This document shows positions 26,556 through 41,559 of a DNA stretch of 64,000 nt, piece after piece. A program made the translations under genes and the position numbers. Position 1 is the first letter of the stretch. Each line of letters begins with the position of its first letter. The notes beneath the pieces are model-generated. The model did no database searches. It was not told the origin of the DNA and saw nothing but the letters and a program-made list of their open reading frames with translations. This DNA comes from Chiloscyllium plagiosum (Eukaryota): assembly GCF_004010195.1 (NCBI RefSeq), contig NC_057717.1:107321093-107385092 (forward strand). Reading direction: 5' to 3'.

Positions 26556-28424
26556 CACCAAGGGATTCACTTGATACCAGCTGTCTATATCTGACATATG
26601 TCTCCTTTTTTTGCTTGACCAGAGACTCAATGTCTCTAGTCATCCAATGTTCTCTACTCCTACCAGCATTGCCCTCCATTCTAAGAGGAACATATTATCT
26701 CTGAACTCTCATTATTTCACTTTTGAAAGCCTCCCCTTGCCATTTATCCCTTTACCTGCAAACAGCGTACCTCAATCAACTTATGAAAGTTTCTGGCTCA
26801 TACAATTGGCCTTATTCCAATTTAAAATTTTAACTTTTATACAAGGCCTATCCTCTTTCATAACCAGTTTAAAACTAATAGAATCATGATAATTGGTCTG
26901 AAAGTGCTCCCCCAATAACACCTCAGTCACTTGCGCTGCCTCATTTCCCAAAAGAAGACAGAGTTTTGCTCCTTCTCTAATTGATACACCTATATATTGA
27001 TAAAGAAAACTTTCCTGAACACACTTAAATTCCTTCCCAAGCCCTTTAACACTATGGCAGGCTCAGTTTATGTTTGGAATGTTAAAATCCCTACAATACA
27101 ACCCTAGTATTCTAATAGATGTCTGAGAACTCTGTACATGTTTGCTCCTTAGTTTCCCACTGACTACTGGGGGGGAGGCGAGCTATAGTACAATCCCATC
27201 AAGATGATCATCCACTTTTTATCAATGCTACGCACATTCAAATTTAGCTTGCAGAATTCTCTCCCCATATCCAAGGTACTAACATAAATTATAAATAGTT
27301 GAGTCTTTAGCTCTGATCCCTTTTACACCCATGAGTTATGGATTGCCCTCACATCATGAGGTCTTTTATTTTGTCATAACTTTGGGTATTGTATCTTATC
27401 AAATACTCTTTGGAAGTCTACACTGCATCAACATGTTCCTCTTTCTTCACGTTGTTTGTTAATTCCTCAAAATCCTCGAACAAATTTCTTGAACGCCTTT
27501 CACAAAACTATGTTGACTTTTCATGAATGTGTGTCTCTTTAAAATTGACATGATGTGATGAGTGGAAACACCTACATGTCTGTGCTGGGCCCTCAAATTT
27601 TTGCAATTTGTATCAATGACTTGGACGAGGGGATTGAGGGCTAAATTTGCAGACGACACAAAGACAGGTAGCAAAGTATGTTGTGAAGAGGACATAATAA
27701 GGTTGCCTAGCTACACAGATAAGTGGAGTGACTGGGGAAAATTCTGGCAGGTGAAATATAAGGTGAAAAAAATGTGAAGTAGAAAGAATAAAAAGTGCTG
27801 AGTGTTATTTAAATGAATAACTGCAGAATTCTGAGATAAAGAGATCTAGGTGCTCTAGTTTATGTGTGCAGCGGGCATTAAGAAGGTTAATGGAATTTTG
27901 TTGTTTATTACAAGAGGAATGGATTCGAAAAGTAAGAATCAGAAACAAAAACACATTGCTGGAAAAACTCAGCAGGTCTGGCAACATCTGTGGAGAGAAA
28001 TCAGAGTTAACGTTTTGGGTCCAGTGACCCTTCTTTAGAACTGGAGAACTTACTTATAAAAGTAAGGATATTCTGGTCATATTGGGCATTGGTGAGACCA
28101 CATCTCAAATACTTTGCGCAGTCTTTATCTCCTTACACAAAGAAGGATGAAAATGTATTGGAGGTGTTTTCGAGAAGGTTTATCAGATTGTTATCTAGAA
28201 TGAGTGTGTTGTCTTATGTGGAACAATTGGATGGACTGGACCAGTTTCCACTAGCATTTTGAATAGTGAGAGATGACTTGATTTAATAGTATACGGTCCA
28301 GAAAAGATTGTTGTAGATGATGTTGATGTGGTGAGTCCCACAAGGATACTTCCCCTCGTAGGAGAGGCTTGAACCATGCACACTGTTTAATGAACAAGAG
28401 GCACTGCTTTTAGTATAGATCATA

Positions 28425-28730
28425 GAATCTCTGCAGTAAGGAAAGAGGCCATTTGGCCCACTAATTTTGCACTGCCCTCTAAAGAACATACCATCCCGAC
28501 CCAGCCTCACCATGCTATCCCTATAACCCCGTATTTCCCATGGCTAATCCACCTAACCTGTATACTATGGGTAATTTAGCACAACCAATCCAACTAACCT
28601 GCATGTCCTTGGATTGCTGGAAGAAAACAGAGCACCCGGCAGAAATCCACACAGACAGTTACCCGAGGCTGGAATTGAACCCAGGTTGCTGGCGCTGTGA
28701 GGCAGCAGTGCTAATCACTGAGCCACCATA
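28425..28730 (-). mobile_element. Diverged HE1-type SINE
   Basis: Minus strand tggtggctcagtgattagcactgctgcctcacagcgcc head and V-domain remnants. Confidence 0.75.
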
Positions 28731-30137
28731 AGATGGGGATGAGCTTTTTTTTCTCTCAGAGTATCATGAGCCTGTGAAATTGCTTTCCCTAAAAAACAGT
28801 GAAGGCTGGGTTATTGAAATTATATAACACAGAGTAGATACATTTCAAAAGATGAGGGAAGTAAGTTTTATGGGCGGCAGATAGGAAAGTGAGTTGAAAC
28901 CACACCAGATCAGCCATGAGCTTATTGAATAAGTCAGATGACTTATTCCTGCACCTCAGTCCTATGGTTCAATCTCAGTCCCTGGACGTCATTGCAGGAG
29001 TTCCTCAGGAGAGTATGTCCTGGGACCAACCACCTTTAGTTGCTTCTATACATCATCAAGTCCAGAAATTGAGGTGTTTATTGTCCCTGAAACTTGGAAT
29101 TAACCAGAATTCTGGTAACTCTCCTCCATATCCTCTCAAGGGCCTTCCTAACCATAATATCTCAGAAAGCCTGACTGGAAATGAACTTCATTTATTGCTG
29201 AATACCAAAATAGAGCCACTACTTGCGGCACTAGGCCAATCCTAGTCTGGGACAGACAGTCGTCCATGTCCATTCCTGGATCTGCTTTGTATATTTTCTA
29301 ATCAACCTGTTCAGAGATGTTATTATGCATCTCTGGAACAGGTGAGACTTGTACCCGGGCTTCCAGACTCAAGAGGTATAGACACCAGCACTGCACCACA
29401 ACAGCCCTTCTAAATCCAGGGAGTTAAGCTGCAACAATACACCATTAGTTTGACATGATTTGAACATATAACCATTTGACCTGACATCAGATGTGCTACT
29501 GTTATGAAGATGATGGGTTCTGGCTGGGCAGGCCATTCCCTGTTACCAAGGGAACTCATACTCAATGACGAGATTAATTTGTGATTCTCCATGGGCCTTA
29601 TATGGAATATCAAACCATTCTTCCCAAAATATGGTGACCAGAACTGAACGTGACACATTAGTTGAGGTCTAACCACAACTTCATAAAGTTTAAGTCTGAC
29701 CTCCTTTGCTCAATACCTCTACTTATGAAGTAGCAGATCTTGATACTTTGCTAATTACACTCTCAATATGTCTTCACACCTTCAAAGTTTGATGTACATG
29801 AATCCCCAGGTCTCTCTATAAGACTTATAAGTCCATTATGAGTGAGTTTATCTATGGAACTGGTTTTTTAAATAGCTTTCTCATTCAGAGAAGCATGCAG
29901 CACCCCTGCTGAGAAATGTTCATTGAAGAGAAGGAATGAGTAGGCTGCTGACAGTCCACTCACAACTAAAGAAAAGCCACTTGAGAGAAAACTGTCTATG
30001 CCCACAAAAATATCCCCCCACACACTTCCCAGCAAGAATCAGCACCTTCAGACATGGAGGGCAGACCCTTTAATGGAAAACATCGACAAACAGCAGGCCA
30101 TTTTAAATCACAATACCCATCCAGATTGGTGAATTTT

Positions 30138-30172
<35 letters not shown>

Positions 30173-33064
30173 CAGAAAGATAGCTTGTTGCCTCTCTAAT
30201 TCAGTTAAACTCTTTCACATTATTGTCTTTTCTGGAAAATGATTACTTGGGTGAAAATGTTTTGCTTCACTGCCTCTTGATCCTGGCTTCTTTATTTGTG
30301 TTGTCTGAGATTTGAACACTTCATTGAGAGTCAATACTCTCATATTGACTTCAACAGTGCTATTAAGAGTATAAATATGAGCTGAACGCTATAATGCTAG
30401 GGGCAGAGGCTAAAAGATACACTGTGGGGTCATGTAATTTGCATGATTCACTGCGTTAAATAATTATTTTTATCTACAATCTCTTGGGTGGTGAATCACT
30501 CTCTCTTATTTAACTTCAATTTAGATTATGTTCTTTTTCCTTATTCTAAATCTAAATTTATATGAGCTGTAATTTTCCTACCAAGTTGAAATGTTTTTCC
30601 CTTATCACAAATGTCTAACATGCAAAGCAGTTATCACAGTAATTGGAAGCAACTAATTATTGCTAAATGTCTAATCTTTCTGTATCAAAATTATAGATAT
30701 CCATATTTTTAAATAGAGAAATTGGTGCAAATCTTTAAAAGATGCAAAGTGGGTGCTTTTTGTGTTTCCCACCCTCCTTGAAGTTGAAGGTTAGCTTAGA
30801 TACCACCACCCCTCCAGCCCCTGACAAGATAAGAGCATCATAAGTGAGGCCAATCTTGTCATCACTACAGAGGTCACCTCAATCAGACCCACCCCCACCT
30901 ACCCACTCAAATGTATTGTCAGGAGCAAGAACTTTCTAAACCATAGCACTGAGAATAATTCTGACGATCACTCTCACCTAGCTAAGGTTAGTATAGGCTA
31001 GGATCTCCCTAATCAAATTATGTTATCTATTACTCACAAGCCATTAAGTGAGATATCTTTCTGATCCATTGTTTAATTTGGACTGCAGTTGTTCAAGAAG
31101 GGAGTGCACCACCACCTTCTCAAGGGCAACTAAGAATAGGCAAAAAATACTGGACCAGCCAGCAAGGTCCACTTCCCATGAATGAATTCTTGAAAAACTC
31201 ATTTTGCTTCTAAGTCATATCTTATTCAATTTTGTTAATTTCTTTTCATTGCTCTGAGGCCAAAGGTATTCTGTTCCTTCAAATATTTCTCTCTCCAGTT
31301 AAAACTCTTCTATAAATTAGAGTTCTTTTAGGGCAGCAACAAATAAAGACTTTCCTTTTGTAAAGACTTTAATATCCTGTCCTTAAACTGGCAATGATCT
31401 GATGGGTCTAGCTAATAAGGAAATGTATCATTTATAATTTTAAGGTTTTGGATGTCCAGCATTTCAAAACATTACTTGTGTATTTTGACATTTACAAATG
31501 TTGTTGATATGCTATTTTCCGATCTTCCTGCTGACCTCTTTCCCACATGCTATTCAGTGCACTCTGGGGAAGCAAAAGGGATGGATTCTGGGGGCAAAGC
31601 TTGGATTTTGAGACAGATCCAAACTGAAATGAGAAGCTGAGAAAGAAGAGTGATTGTCCTAGGTGTTAAGGAAATAAAGACTAAAACAGAGATTTGAAAC
31701 CACAAGTTCTGGCTAAAACAATTCAAAAAGGGGCAAGAGGCATCAGAGCTCAGGGATAAATGCTAAGCGGTTCTATGAGTGGTGTGGAGCAGTATAGGTA
31801 GGCTGAAGAAGATAGAGGCTAGATTCAGGTGCTGAGAAAAAGTAAATATGTAGTTGTACAGATGCTATTTGAAGATAACTTTGGGGGATTTACATCATCC
31901 AGACTGTTATATACAGCAGTGAGTTTCTGCAGAAATGAGCCATTTTTGATGAAGACTGTGCCTTGGAACTCTGGCTGGTTTAAAATCATAGAAGTCTACA
32001 GGGTAGAAAATGCTCTTCAGCCCATTGGGTTGGTGCCAGTCAAAAACAACCACCTAACTGTACTAATCCCATTTCCCAACACGTGGCTCAGAGCTTTGTA
32101 TGCCTTGGCAAGACAAGTGTACAACTTAAATGCTATGAAGGTTTATGCCTCTACCACCCTTTCAGGCAAAGTTCCAGAATTCCCAACACACTCTGGATAA
32201 AAAAGTTTTCACTCACATCCCTCCAAGCCTCCTGCTCCTTACCTTAAATCTATGCCCTGGTCATTGATCTTTCCACCAAGGGGAAGTGTTTCTTCTGATC
32301 TACCCTGTCTACCTCGTTCATAATTTTATACATCTCAATAATGTCCCCCCTCAGTCCCCTCCGCTCCAAGCAAAACAACTCCAGTCTATCTAATCTTTTC
32401 TTCAAAACTAAAACTCTCCAGCTTAGGCTTTCCAGAGTAATCACATCCCTCCTATATTGTGGATTTCAGAATTACACACAGAATTCTCATTGTGGGCTAA
32501 ACAGCATTTTCTACAGCTCCAGTATCACCTTCCTCTCTTAAACATGCATTGCTTGAAGTCAAATGAAGTCTGAGTTAAATCCTGGAAAGATAGGAGCTGA
32601 CATTTTTCATGAGAAAGACAGAGTTTTAAAGAACTTTGTGACTTTGATTGATGATATATATAGACTTGAATGGATTATCAAGAGCATAACTGAAAATGTG
32701 TTGCTGGAAAAGTGCAGCAGGTCAGGCAGCATCCAAAGAACAGGAGAATCGACATTTCGGGCATAAGCCCTCCTATCAAGAGCATAAGACCATGAGACAT
32801 AGGAGCAGAAAGTAGACCATTCTGCCCATTAAGTCTGCTCTGGCATTCAATCATGGCTGATACTTTTCTCAACCTCATTCTCCTGCTTTCCACCTGTAAC
32901 CCTTGAACCCCTTGATACTACCTCAGTCTTACTGTCAATGACCTGGCATCCAAAGCCTTCTGTGGCAATGAATCAAAGCTTATTCATAAGATCTGTCTTT
33001 GTCATTTCTATCCTTTCATATGTAATTTATAGTTTATATTTGACCACAATTTGCCTATTATTTA

Positions 33065-34650
33065 AAGTCATAGATGTAGAGTCATACAGCACGGAAACAG
33101 ACCCTTCGGTCCAACTAGTCCACGCTAACCATATTCCCAAACTAAACTAGTCCCACATGCCTGCATGTGGGCTATATCCCTCTAAACCTTTCCTATTCAT
33201 GTACCTGTTCATCTTTTAAATGTTCTAGCTGTACCTTCACCAGCACTTTCTCTGGCAGTTCAATCCACATATGAACCACTCTCTGCGTAAAACGTTGTCC
33301 TTCATGTCCTTTTGAAATCTTTCCCGTCCCACCTTAAAAATATGCCCCCTAGTTTTGAACTTTCCCACCTTAGAGAAAAGACCCTTGCCATTCACCTTAT
33401 CTATGCCCCTCATGATTTTATAAACCACTATAAGATCACCCCTCAACCTCCTATGCTCCAGTGAAAAAAGTCCCAGGCTATCTTTATAACTTAAACCTTC
33501 CATTCCTGGCAACATCCTGATAAATCTTTTCTGAACCCTCTCCAATTTAATAATACCCTTTCTACAGCAGGGTGACCAGAGGTGTACACAATACTCCAGA
33601 ACAAGCTTTATCAACACCCTGTACAACCTCAACATGTCGTCCCAAATCCTATACTCAAAGGTCTGAGCAAATCTTTATTCATTCATGGGATGAGGGCGTT
33701 GCTAGCTAGGCAGCATTTATTGTTGAGCCTAATTGCCCAGAGGGCAGTTAAGAGTCAACCACATTGCTCTGGGTCTGGACTCACATGTAGGCCAGAACAG
33801 GTAATGATGGCAGTATCGTTCCCTAAAGGACATGAGTGAACCAGATGGGTTTTTCTGACAATCAACATGGTCATTAGACTTTTAATTCCAGAATTTTAAA
33901 AATTGAATTCAAAATCCACTGTATGCCGAACCTAGGTCCTTAGAACATTATCTGGGTCTCCTGATTAACAGTAAAACCATTAGACCATCATCTCCACTAG
34001 GCAAGTATGCTAAATGGCTTCCTAACCACCCTTTCTCCATGTGATACAAATTTTTAAAAAATTATATTTCTAAACTGCTAGATCTCTCTCTACTATAACA
34101 TTACCCAGGGTCCTACCATTAATTCTATAAGTCTACCCTTGTTTGTTTTACCAAAATGCAATACCATGCATCTATCCAAATTAAACTCCTCAGTCCACTG
34201 ACCCAATTGATCAAGATCTCTTTGTAATCTTAGATTACCTTCTTCGCTGTCCACGATGCCATCAATTTTGGTGTCATCTACTAACTTACTCTCCATGTCT
34301 CCTAAATTCTCATCCAAATCATTTATATAAATGACAAACAAAAGTGGATCGAGTACCGATCCCTGTGGAACAACACTGGTCACAGGCCTCCAGTCTGAAA
34401 AACAACCGTCCACCAACACCCTCTGTCTCCTAAGATCAAGCCAATTTTGTATCCAGTTCACAAGTTCTCTCTGAATCCCTTGTAATCTAAATTTACTAAT
34501 TAGTTTACCATGTGGAACTTTGTCAAAGACTTTACTAAAGTCCATGTAAACAATGTCTACCGCTCTGACTTCATCAATCTTTTTCATTATCTCCTCAAAA
34601 AAACTCAATCAAGTTTGTGAGACGCAATTTTCTTCACACAAAACCATGCT
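33065..34650 (-). mobile_element. CR1 LINE RT/3' end, interrupted by a SINE
   Basis: ORFs 34093-34608 (YMDFSKVFDKVPH, VPQGSVL) and 33237-33635 (LEYCVHLWSP). Confidence 0.88.
33675..33997 (-). mobile_element. SINE (third family) whose 3' tail matches the LINE family at 1270-2890 / 59430-61710
   Basis: Minus strand ends gggcaattagg...caataaatgctgcctagctagcaacgccctcatcccatgaatgaataa; partial copy at about 55440-55680. Confidence 0.65.
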
Positions 34651-35599
34651 TTGTTTATGTTTCGCTGATATTGATTCTGCATTTTAGACTATGTTTTTAA
34701 AAATGTAGTGTTCGCTTGGTTTGACTCATGTACAGCAAAAAAAATTTGTTTTAAACTGTGGAATCTTGTGGGTTTTATTTCAATAAATTAATAAGATTTT
34801 GGATTTGTTCTTTTTTCAAAGTTATTGGATTCATCTGGGTTCAAATTAAAATTGGGGGCTTGTCCAGGATCATAACAAGAGCAATGACAATCCTATTCTC
34901 AGGCCTCTCCAAATGACAATTTACATCTACTCAATAAGATATGGGTATAGAACCTGGAGTGGCCCTCCCACCAATTCCTCGTCTAATTGCACAGAGACAA
35001 GTGTTACTCACTAACTTGCAAAGGCAACAGTTTCAATCCATGCCTCAAGAATTGCATAGTATATACAGTACAGAAACAAACCATTTGGCCCAAGCAATCT
35101 TTATCAGTATTTAGACTCCACTCAAGTTCTAACACTATCAGCATAACTCTCCATAAAATTCTTCTCCTATGCTTATCTAACTTCCCCTTGAATATAATTA
35201 ATCTATTTACTTCAACCTTCACTCCTTATGAAAACAAGTTCTACAATTTTACCACTCACTAAGAAGCTTCTTCTAAAATTCCTCTTTGTTTTTGGTAACT
35301 ATCATATTTTGCTAATCTCTTCCATAAATGGAAAAATGCTCCCCCTCGCTCTCTCTCTGCGCAATCAAAACCATTCATAATCTTAAACATCTCTTAACAG
35401 ACTACCAGTCTGTTCATCCTTTCCTGATATGTTTAACATGTAGAACAGAATGATGGGACATAGGTCTGCACCAATGTCTTCTCCATGCATGTTAAATGCT
35501 AACCAAATGGAGAAGCCATTCCCACTATGTGGGAAATAAAACATTACTTGAGCTATCTTCAATTGAATGTATTTTTCTTATCTTGATTGGTCTCTCATA

Positions 35600-36100
35600 T
35601 TCAACCCTAATAAACCTGAGGTCATCCAAAACTCTGCTGCCTGTTCTTGGCTCACAGGAAGCCCCATTCCCTGTCATCTCTGGGCTTGCTGAACTATGTT
35701 GGCTTCTGGTTAAACAATGTCTTGATTTTAAAATTCTCACCCTGATTTTTGCATCCTTGCTCCCGACCTATCACTGTAAACTCCTCTAATCCTAGTGCTC
35801 CAACATATCTGCACTTCTCTCATTTTTGTTTCTTTCACAGTCCAATTACAATTGTTCCATTGGTGGCTGTGTTTTCAATTGCCAAGACTCCAAACTCTGG
35901 GATTCCTCCCTTTCATCTCTCCATCTCTCTACTTCACTTTCTTACTTTAAGACACACCTTAAACCTGACCTCTTTGACCAAAATATTGGTCATTGGACCT
36001 AATATCTCATTAATAGCTCAACATCACACTTTGCATTACAATGGCCCTGTGGAGTGAGGGTTCACTACCTAAAGATGCTATATAATTTGAAGCTGTTGTA
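35600..36100 (+). mobile_element. L2 LINE 3' end
   Basis: atccaaaactctgctgc...ttgattttaaaattctc...ccttaaacctgacctctttgacc...atgctatataa is typical of decayed L2 ends. Confidence 0.6.
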
Positions 36101-38811
36101 ATATGCTATGTTAACATGCTTCAAGCTAGGATAACCCTACTTCTTATATATTTCCTTCTATTACTGGAGCAAGAAAAAGAAAAGCTCAGACTTCCAGCTC
36201 TCAGCATGCTGGATGTATGATATGTGTAGCACCACAGCAAAGAGAAGATGAGCTCAACACGCAACATTGCACTCAGCAACTGAGCACCCTCACTTGGTTC
36301 ACCACAACGTAATAGACATCTGATTGATTCTTGCTGTGTGGAGTGTTACCTGGAACTGCTTCTGTGGCAAAAATGGTGAGGGATAATTTTACTGAGATCG
36401 CATTACATGAATATAGCAACAAACAGGTACACAGTTGGAACATAATCACTTCTTCTGCAATTAAAATGAATGGATAGCGACGTGAAAGATTAAAAAAAAT
36501 TATGTTGTATATTCTGAGCCGGGGAGACCAGAATGGTCTTGGTTTCTACTCCCAGATTGTGTTGGTATTTGATCCTAAAACTAGGATCCTAAATGTGAAC
36601 CTAAAACTAAGAACTAGGGTAATTATAATTGCCCCTAAGAATGCCATAACTGGAAAGAGATTAACAAATAAGCAGCTGTTTTCCACTTCAAAACACCATC
36701 CAGCACTTTGCTAAGTCCATTTGGGTGAAGTCAGGATCTGACTCAGGTTCCTAAAGCTGAAATTGTTGCCAACACTCAATGTCCAGGCCCACATGAAAGG
36801 AACAGACGACGGGTGGATTACCAGAGGGGCAACACATATCTGTGGAACTGAATGCCATTGAAAGTTAATACTTCTTCAGAATAGCATAGGACAAACATGC
36901 AGAAATAGTAAAATCATATTTTAAAATGACAATGCTATATGTAGGTAGAGCATGTGCATGCCTTTGTATTCTGCTCCACATTGCCATAGTAACGGCTAGG
37001 CATGCTCTAAATTGTTCTGATAGACATGAAAAACAGAGGTGGGAAGAGAGAGTGTTTAATTTATGATACTCTCACCTCTGTAGGCGTAGTCATCCTGGCA
37101 ATCTCCACTACATGTATTATTATTCTTGAAACTGAAATAAGTTAAAGACAACCTCAGTCACCCCCTCAGGTTGCTGACAGTGAACTTACTCATCCAAAAC
37201 CCAGCTTTGTTTTCTCCTGGGAGAAACTCCGCAAGGCACTGTAACTGATGAGTACAAGCCTGATATCAGTAAATTCTCTGTTGGGGTTTCAGTGAAATTT
37301 TGATGCCATCATACACTCCTTCAACTAATCTGTATCACAGCCCCATCCCAGCTAGGTCCATGACAATGTGATTGGTAGCAATCAGAAAACAGCAACCATA
37401 TAGTATGCTTCCAAAGGATATTAACACTGTACATAGTGCTTCCAACCACACATTTCATCATATCACAGCAACATTTGTGCTGTCAACCACAATCTATGCA
37501 TGACTCTTTAGTTTAAAAAGTGAAATGGCAGGGAGAGGTGGCAGGAGGTTGGATTTGTACGGGCTGATGTCTGTAGGTTTCAGTGCAGAGTTCCACTGGC
37601 AAATATACAAACAAGTCAGGAAGCCACTCCAATTTGCCTACTTCTGCATTAAATTTGAGTGTGTTTGGCAGGGTACACACGATCCCACTGGTGAAGCAAG
37701 TTATTAATAATCACATAGCAATCACAAAATTGGTGTAATACTTCAACACAGTTTTATATTGAACATCGTGTTTATACATTTCCTGGACGTTCTGAAACTC
37801 ACCACTAAAAGAAAGGTGGGAACAGATAGCAACTGTTTAAAACTCATTAAAATAGTACAATAAACAACAATATTCACAGATATTCTTTCTCACACTACAG
37901 GAAAAGTTTGTTCATAGTTCTTTTGCTGAGAGTCTATTCACTACAGGTTCTGAATCACTTCAGACACTTTGACTGACTTACACTGGACAACGAATGAGGA
38001 GCAATATGATGAGGCCCAAAATAGTCAACACCAGCTTTGACCTGGTAGCCAGAGTTCTGTAGCCGTACATAAGAGGCAGAATCAGCAGAATGGACAGAAA
38101 CAGTGGGCTGCAGCTGGAAGGTACTACCCATAGCCCAAAGTATACAGGCAATGGCTAAGTTTCCTCGACTAGTTGGAACAATTGTATATCATGAGTTACA
38201 GGTTATGATGGCAGCTTATGAGAAGACCTGTTGCTCCTGGAGGCCAGCCAGCAGTGGTTACAAGTGGTTCCCAAAATGATCAAATCCTTCCAAGGATTCT
38301 CCTGGTGACATATTCATGATCTCCTTGTCAGCTGCTCACAATGCATCAGACTGGTGTTTGATAGGATACCTGATCGAAAAGATATGATTTTGGAGTAGCA
38401 AGGGGAGTTGGTTGTTAATAGGATGATATTTGATTAAATCTGATTAATGCTAATTTGACTAAACCTCTCAGTTCCATAAACAAGAATGAGATGAATGACT
38501 TTGATGGTGCTTAGGACAAATATTGGGTATGACATGAGAAAACTCCCAGCTCTCCACTGAAAAGGGGTCATGGGACCTTTAGAAAGTCATTACTTCCAAT
38601 AATCCTTCAGTAGGACACAGACTCTTTGGCTCTTGCACATTCACAGCACAGAAGTGGCCATTCAGCCCATTACATCTGTGATGATCAACAAAGATCTAAC
38701 TGCAATAATCCATTTCTTGGCCCATAGCTTTGGGGGCTGTGGCAATGCAAGCTAATATCTAAATGCCACTCAAATATTCTGAGTTTCTGATTCAACCATT
38801 CTTTCATGCAG

Positions 38812-39014
38812 GAGAAAGTGGGTACTGCGGATGCTGGAGATCAGTGTCAAAGAGTATGATACTAGAAAAGCACAGTCGTCAGTCAGTATCTGAAGAGCAA
38901 GAGAATTGACGTTTTAGGCATAAACCCTTCATCCTGATGTCTGAAATGTCGATTCTCCTGCTCCTTGGCTGCTACCTGACCAGCTGTGCTTTTCCAGCAC
39001 CACACTCATTGACT
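38812..39014. mobile_element. Short fold-back (Penelope pLTR-derived) insertion with perfect 15-bp TSD
   Basis: cattctttcatgcag at 38797-38811 and 39015-39029; same head (aaagtg.g.actgc.gatgct.gagat) and inverted arms as 14736-14950. Confidence 0.8.
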
Positions 39015-39974
39015 CATTCTTTCATGCAGTTGAGTTCAAAATTTCCACCACTCTCTACTTCCATCGCAGCTTCTCTCTCTTCTGAACTACTTGTTAGGAT
39101 CCCATCATCCTGCCAATTTAGTTTGAATTGAGTGCTCAGCTGCCAGTTTTCTGACTCTGAAGCAACAATGCTATCAACTAAGTTAAGCTATTTTGCCTCT
39201 TCCCTCAATGCTAATCCAAGCAGAAAATAAATCATCAGCAGCAATGAGAGCCAATAACCTTGCAAAAATACAGCAGAGCCAGCAAAATCAAGTCCACCTT
39301 TTAAGCAATTCAATAAAATGAGCTGAACTCAGAAATGATGCATTGGCAGGACAATAAATGAATCACCAGTGGACCTGATTTTATCCAGTTGCTTAACTGC
39401 ATTACTGCAGCAAACAAAATACTAATTGTTGTATTTCATTCTGTTCCTTTTCAAACACAGCACCATTTTATTAATAGCAAAAAGATGCTTCCATGATCCG
39501 AGGCACAAGAAGAGAGTCTGGGTGCATGGAGCTGGAACAATTCTGTGACTGATTATTCCTATTTTTATAGGAAACAGAAGTATCACGCTAGTAAATGTCA
39601 GCAATTCTCAAGGAAAATGTCTTTTTGAAGTCTTATCAGAGGAAAGCAGAAAATGTTTTCCCAACATATGGATTTCAATCCCTGTGGCTCATTTTTCAAG
39701 TGTGTGTTCTTCAAATATGAACCTGGAGAGTGAGAGTAGCAGGCTCTTCATTGTGCAGGGCAGCACAACTGAACCCTATTCTAACCTCACCTAGTGGTAA
39801 AGATCCTCCCACATTTACACATGTGCACACACTTTTTCCCATTTTCATGGCCAGAAGAGAAAACTCTGGCTGATTTTCTCCCACTTTTTTGTACAGAGAT
39901 CAATTATAGCAACCCAAGAACCACAACACATGATATAAACAAACTCATTAACAACTTAAGTTTGTTTTTAATCC

Positions 39975-41165
39975 AATCACAGGGTGTGGGTTTCAGCCAA
40001 GCGATGCCTTGGTGCTTGTTGGAATGTTCTGGTGATGAGGCATTTTGCGAAATGATTTTGAGTCTGCTCAGAGAACAAGCCAACAGGAGGACAATAGTTA
40101 GGCCACCACTGGAATATTGTGCAGAATTGTGTGCAATTCTGGTCTCCCTGCTATGGAAGGATGTTGTGAACCTTGAAAGGGTTCAGAAAAGATTTACAAG
40201 GATATTGCCAGGGTTGGAAGGTTTGAGCTACAGGGAGATGCTGAATGGGCTGGGGTTGTTTTCCCTGGTACATTGGAGGCTGAGGGGTGACCTTATAGAG
40301 GTTTATAAAATCATGAGGGGCATGGATAGGATAAATAGACAAGGTCTTTTTCCTGGTTTGGGGGAGTCCAGAACTAGAATGCATAGATTTAAGGTGGGAG
40401 GGGAAAGATTTAAATGGGACCTAAAGGACAACTTTTTCATGCAGAGGGTGTTGTGTGTATAGAATTGGCTGCCAGATGAAGTGATGGAGGCTGGTACGAT
40501 TACAGCATTTAAAAGGCACCTGGATGGGTACATGAATAGGAAGGGTTTAGAGGGATATGGGCCAAATGTTGGCAAATGGGACTACATCAGTTTAGGACGT
40601 CAGGTCAGCATGGATGAATTGGACCGAAGTTTCCGTGCTGTATATCTCTATGACCCACCCTTTCTTTTTCCTGCAGGGTCTAAGATGCTATGTGCTGACC
40701 ACTTCCTGATGGACTTGTGGTCAAAAGTATTTTTCTTTGCAAATTTCTCCTTGAAGGACAGGTTGATACAGAATGGTCCAATTACCCGGAACATTCTTTA
40801 GCAACGATGCCAGTCGAATCCCTTGCATCACTGGGGACCGGTAGATCCTCAATACAAAGTGACACTTCATGCAGTGACACACAAAGGTGGCCATCAGAAT
40901 GCGGTAGTGTTGGTGAGATTCTTCTCACACTTATCCATGGTGTTTTGTACATGGTGTATCTGCGGACACAGTGTGTCTTAGACCCCCAGATGAAGTGGAA
41001 GATGGCTTAGGTCACAGCAATGCCTCAGGTCTGGGAATGCGCCAGACCTGCACCATGTACAAAAGCAGAGAGAGTACATTACGCCTGATGACCAGGTTTT
41101 CACCCTCAATGGAGAGGCAGCAGTGCTCTCAAAAGTCCAGTTCTTATAAAAGGGAGAGTGCTTGT
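39975..41165 (-). mobile_element. L1/Tx1-like LINE fragment interrupted by CR1
   Basis: Minus-strand peptides AIFHFIWGSKTHCVRRYTMYK, EKFAKKNTFDHKSIRKWSAH and QNASSPEHSNKHQ. Confidence 0.6.
40092..40655 (+). mobile_element. CR1 LINE 3' end
   Basis: VRPPLEYC...LERVQKRFTRILPGL...RLRGDLIEVYKIMRG. Confidence 0.88.
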
Positions 41166-41559
41166 TACCTTTGTTAAAATGCAAATTCCTAGGAGAGGTT
41201 TTAGCAAATCAAAAGTTGAGCCACAGACACTGAAAGGAACTTGTGAAAGGTGTTCATATCAACACCATTCCAAAACAAAAAACAAGGTAAAGGCAATTCT
41301 GTTGCAATTCTGGCAGGGAATAAAGTGTATTCAGGAACAGGTTTTTAACAACCAACAATGAGGTAGAAGAAACAAAATACACAGGTTGGGAAAGGATAAT
41401 AAAACAAAAGGACTACTAATTCAATCACCTTTCATTGGTGGCATTGACTGACTGCTTGGGGTGTAGGGTCAAGCCATCTAAAGGGCCTAGACTTCCTTCA
41501 GGAAAATCTAATTACTTGTTTCAAATTAGATTATTAAAAGATTCCATACCACACAAAAG

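Larger units (their letters stand above)
22310..27225 (-). mobile_element. Older CR1 LINE split by two nested insertions
   Basis: Segments 22310-22520, 24425-25794 and 26556-27225 are collinear on the minus strand (GKSCLTNLIEF, IDFCKAFDKVPH, KIKENQK). Confidence 0.8.

Noticed and set aside
37880..38380. Unique-looking stretch with a minus-strand donor-like site (gtgtaagtca near 37980)
   Set aside because: No ORF or homology I could recognise; insufficient support for an exon.
39794..40462. 222-aa ORF
   Set aside because: Chance fusion of unique sequence, antisense Tx1 and a CR1 3' end.
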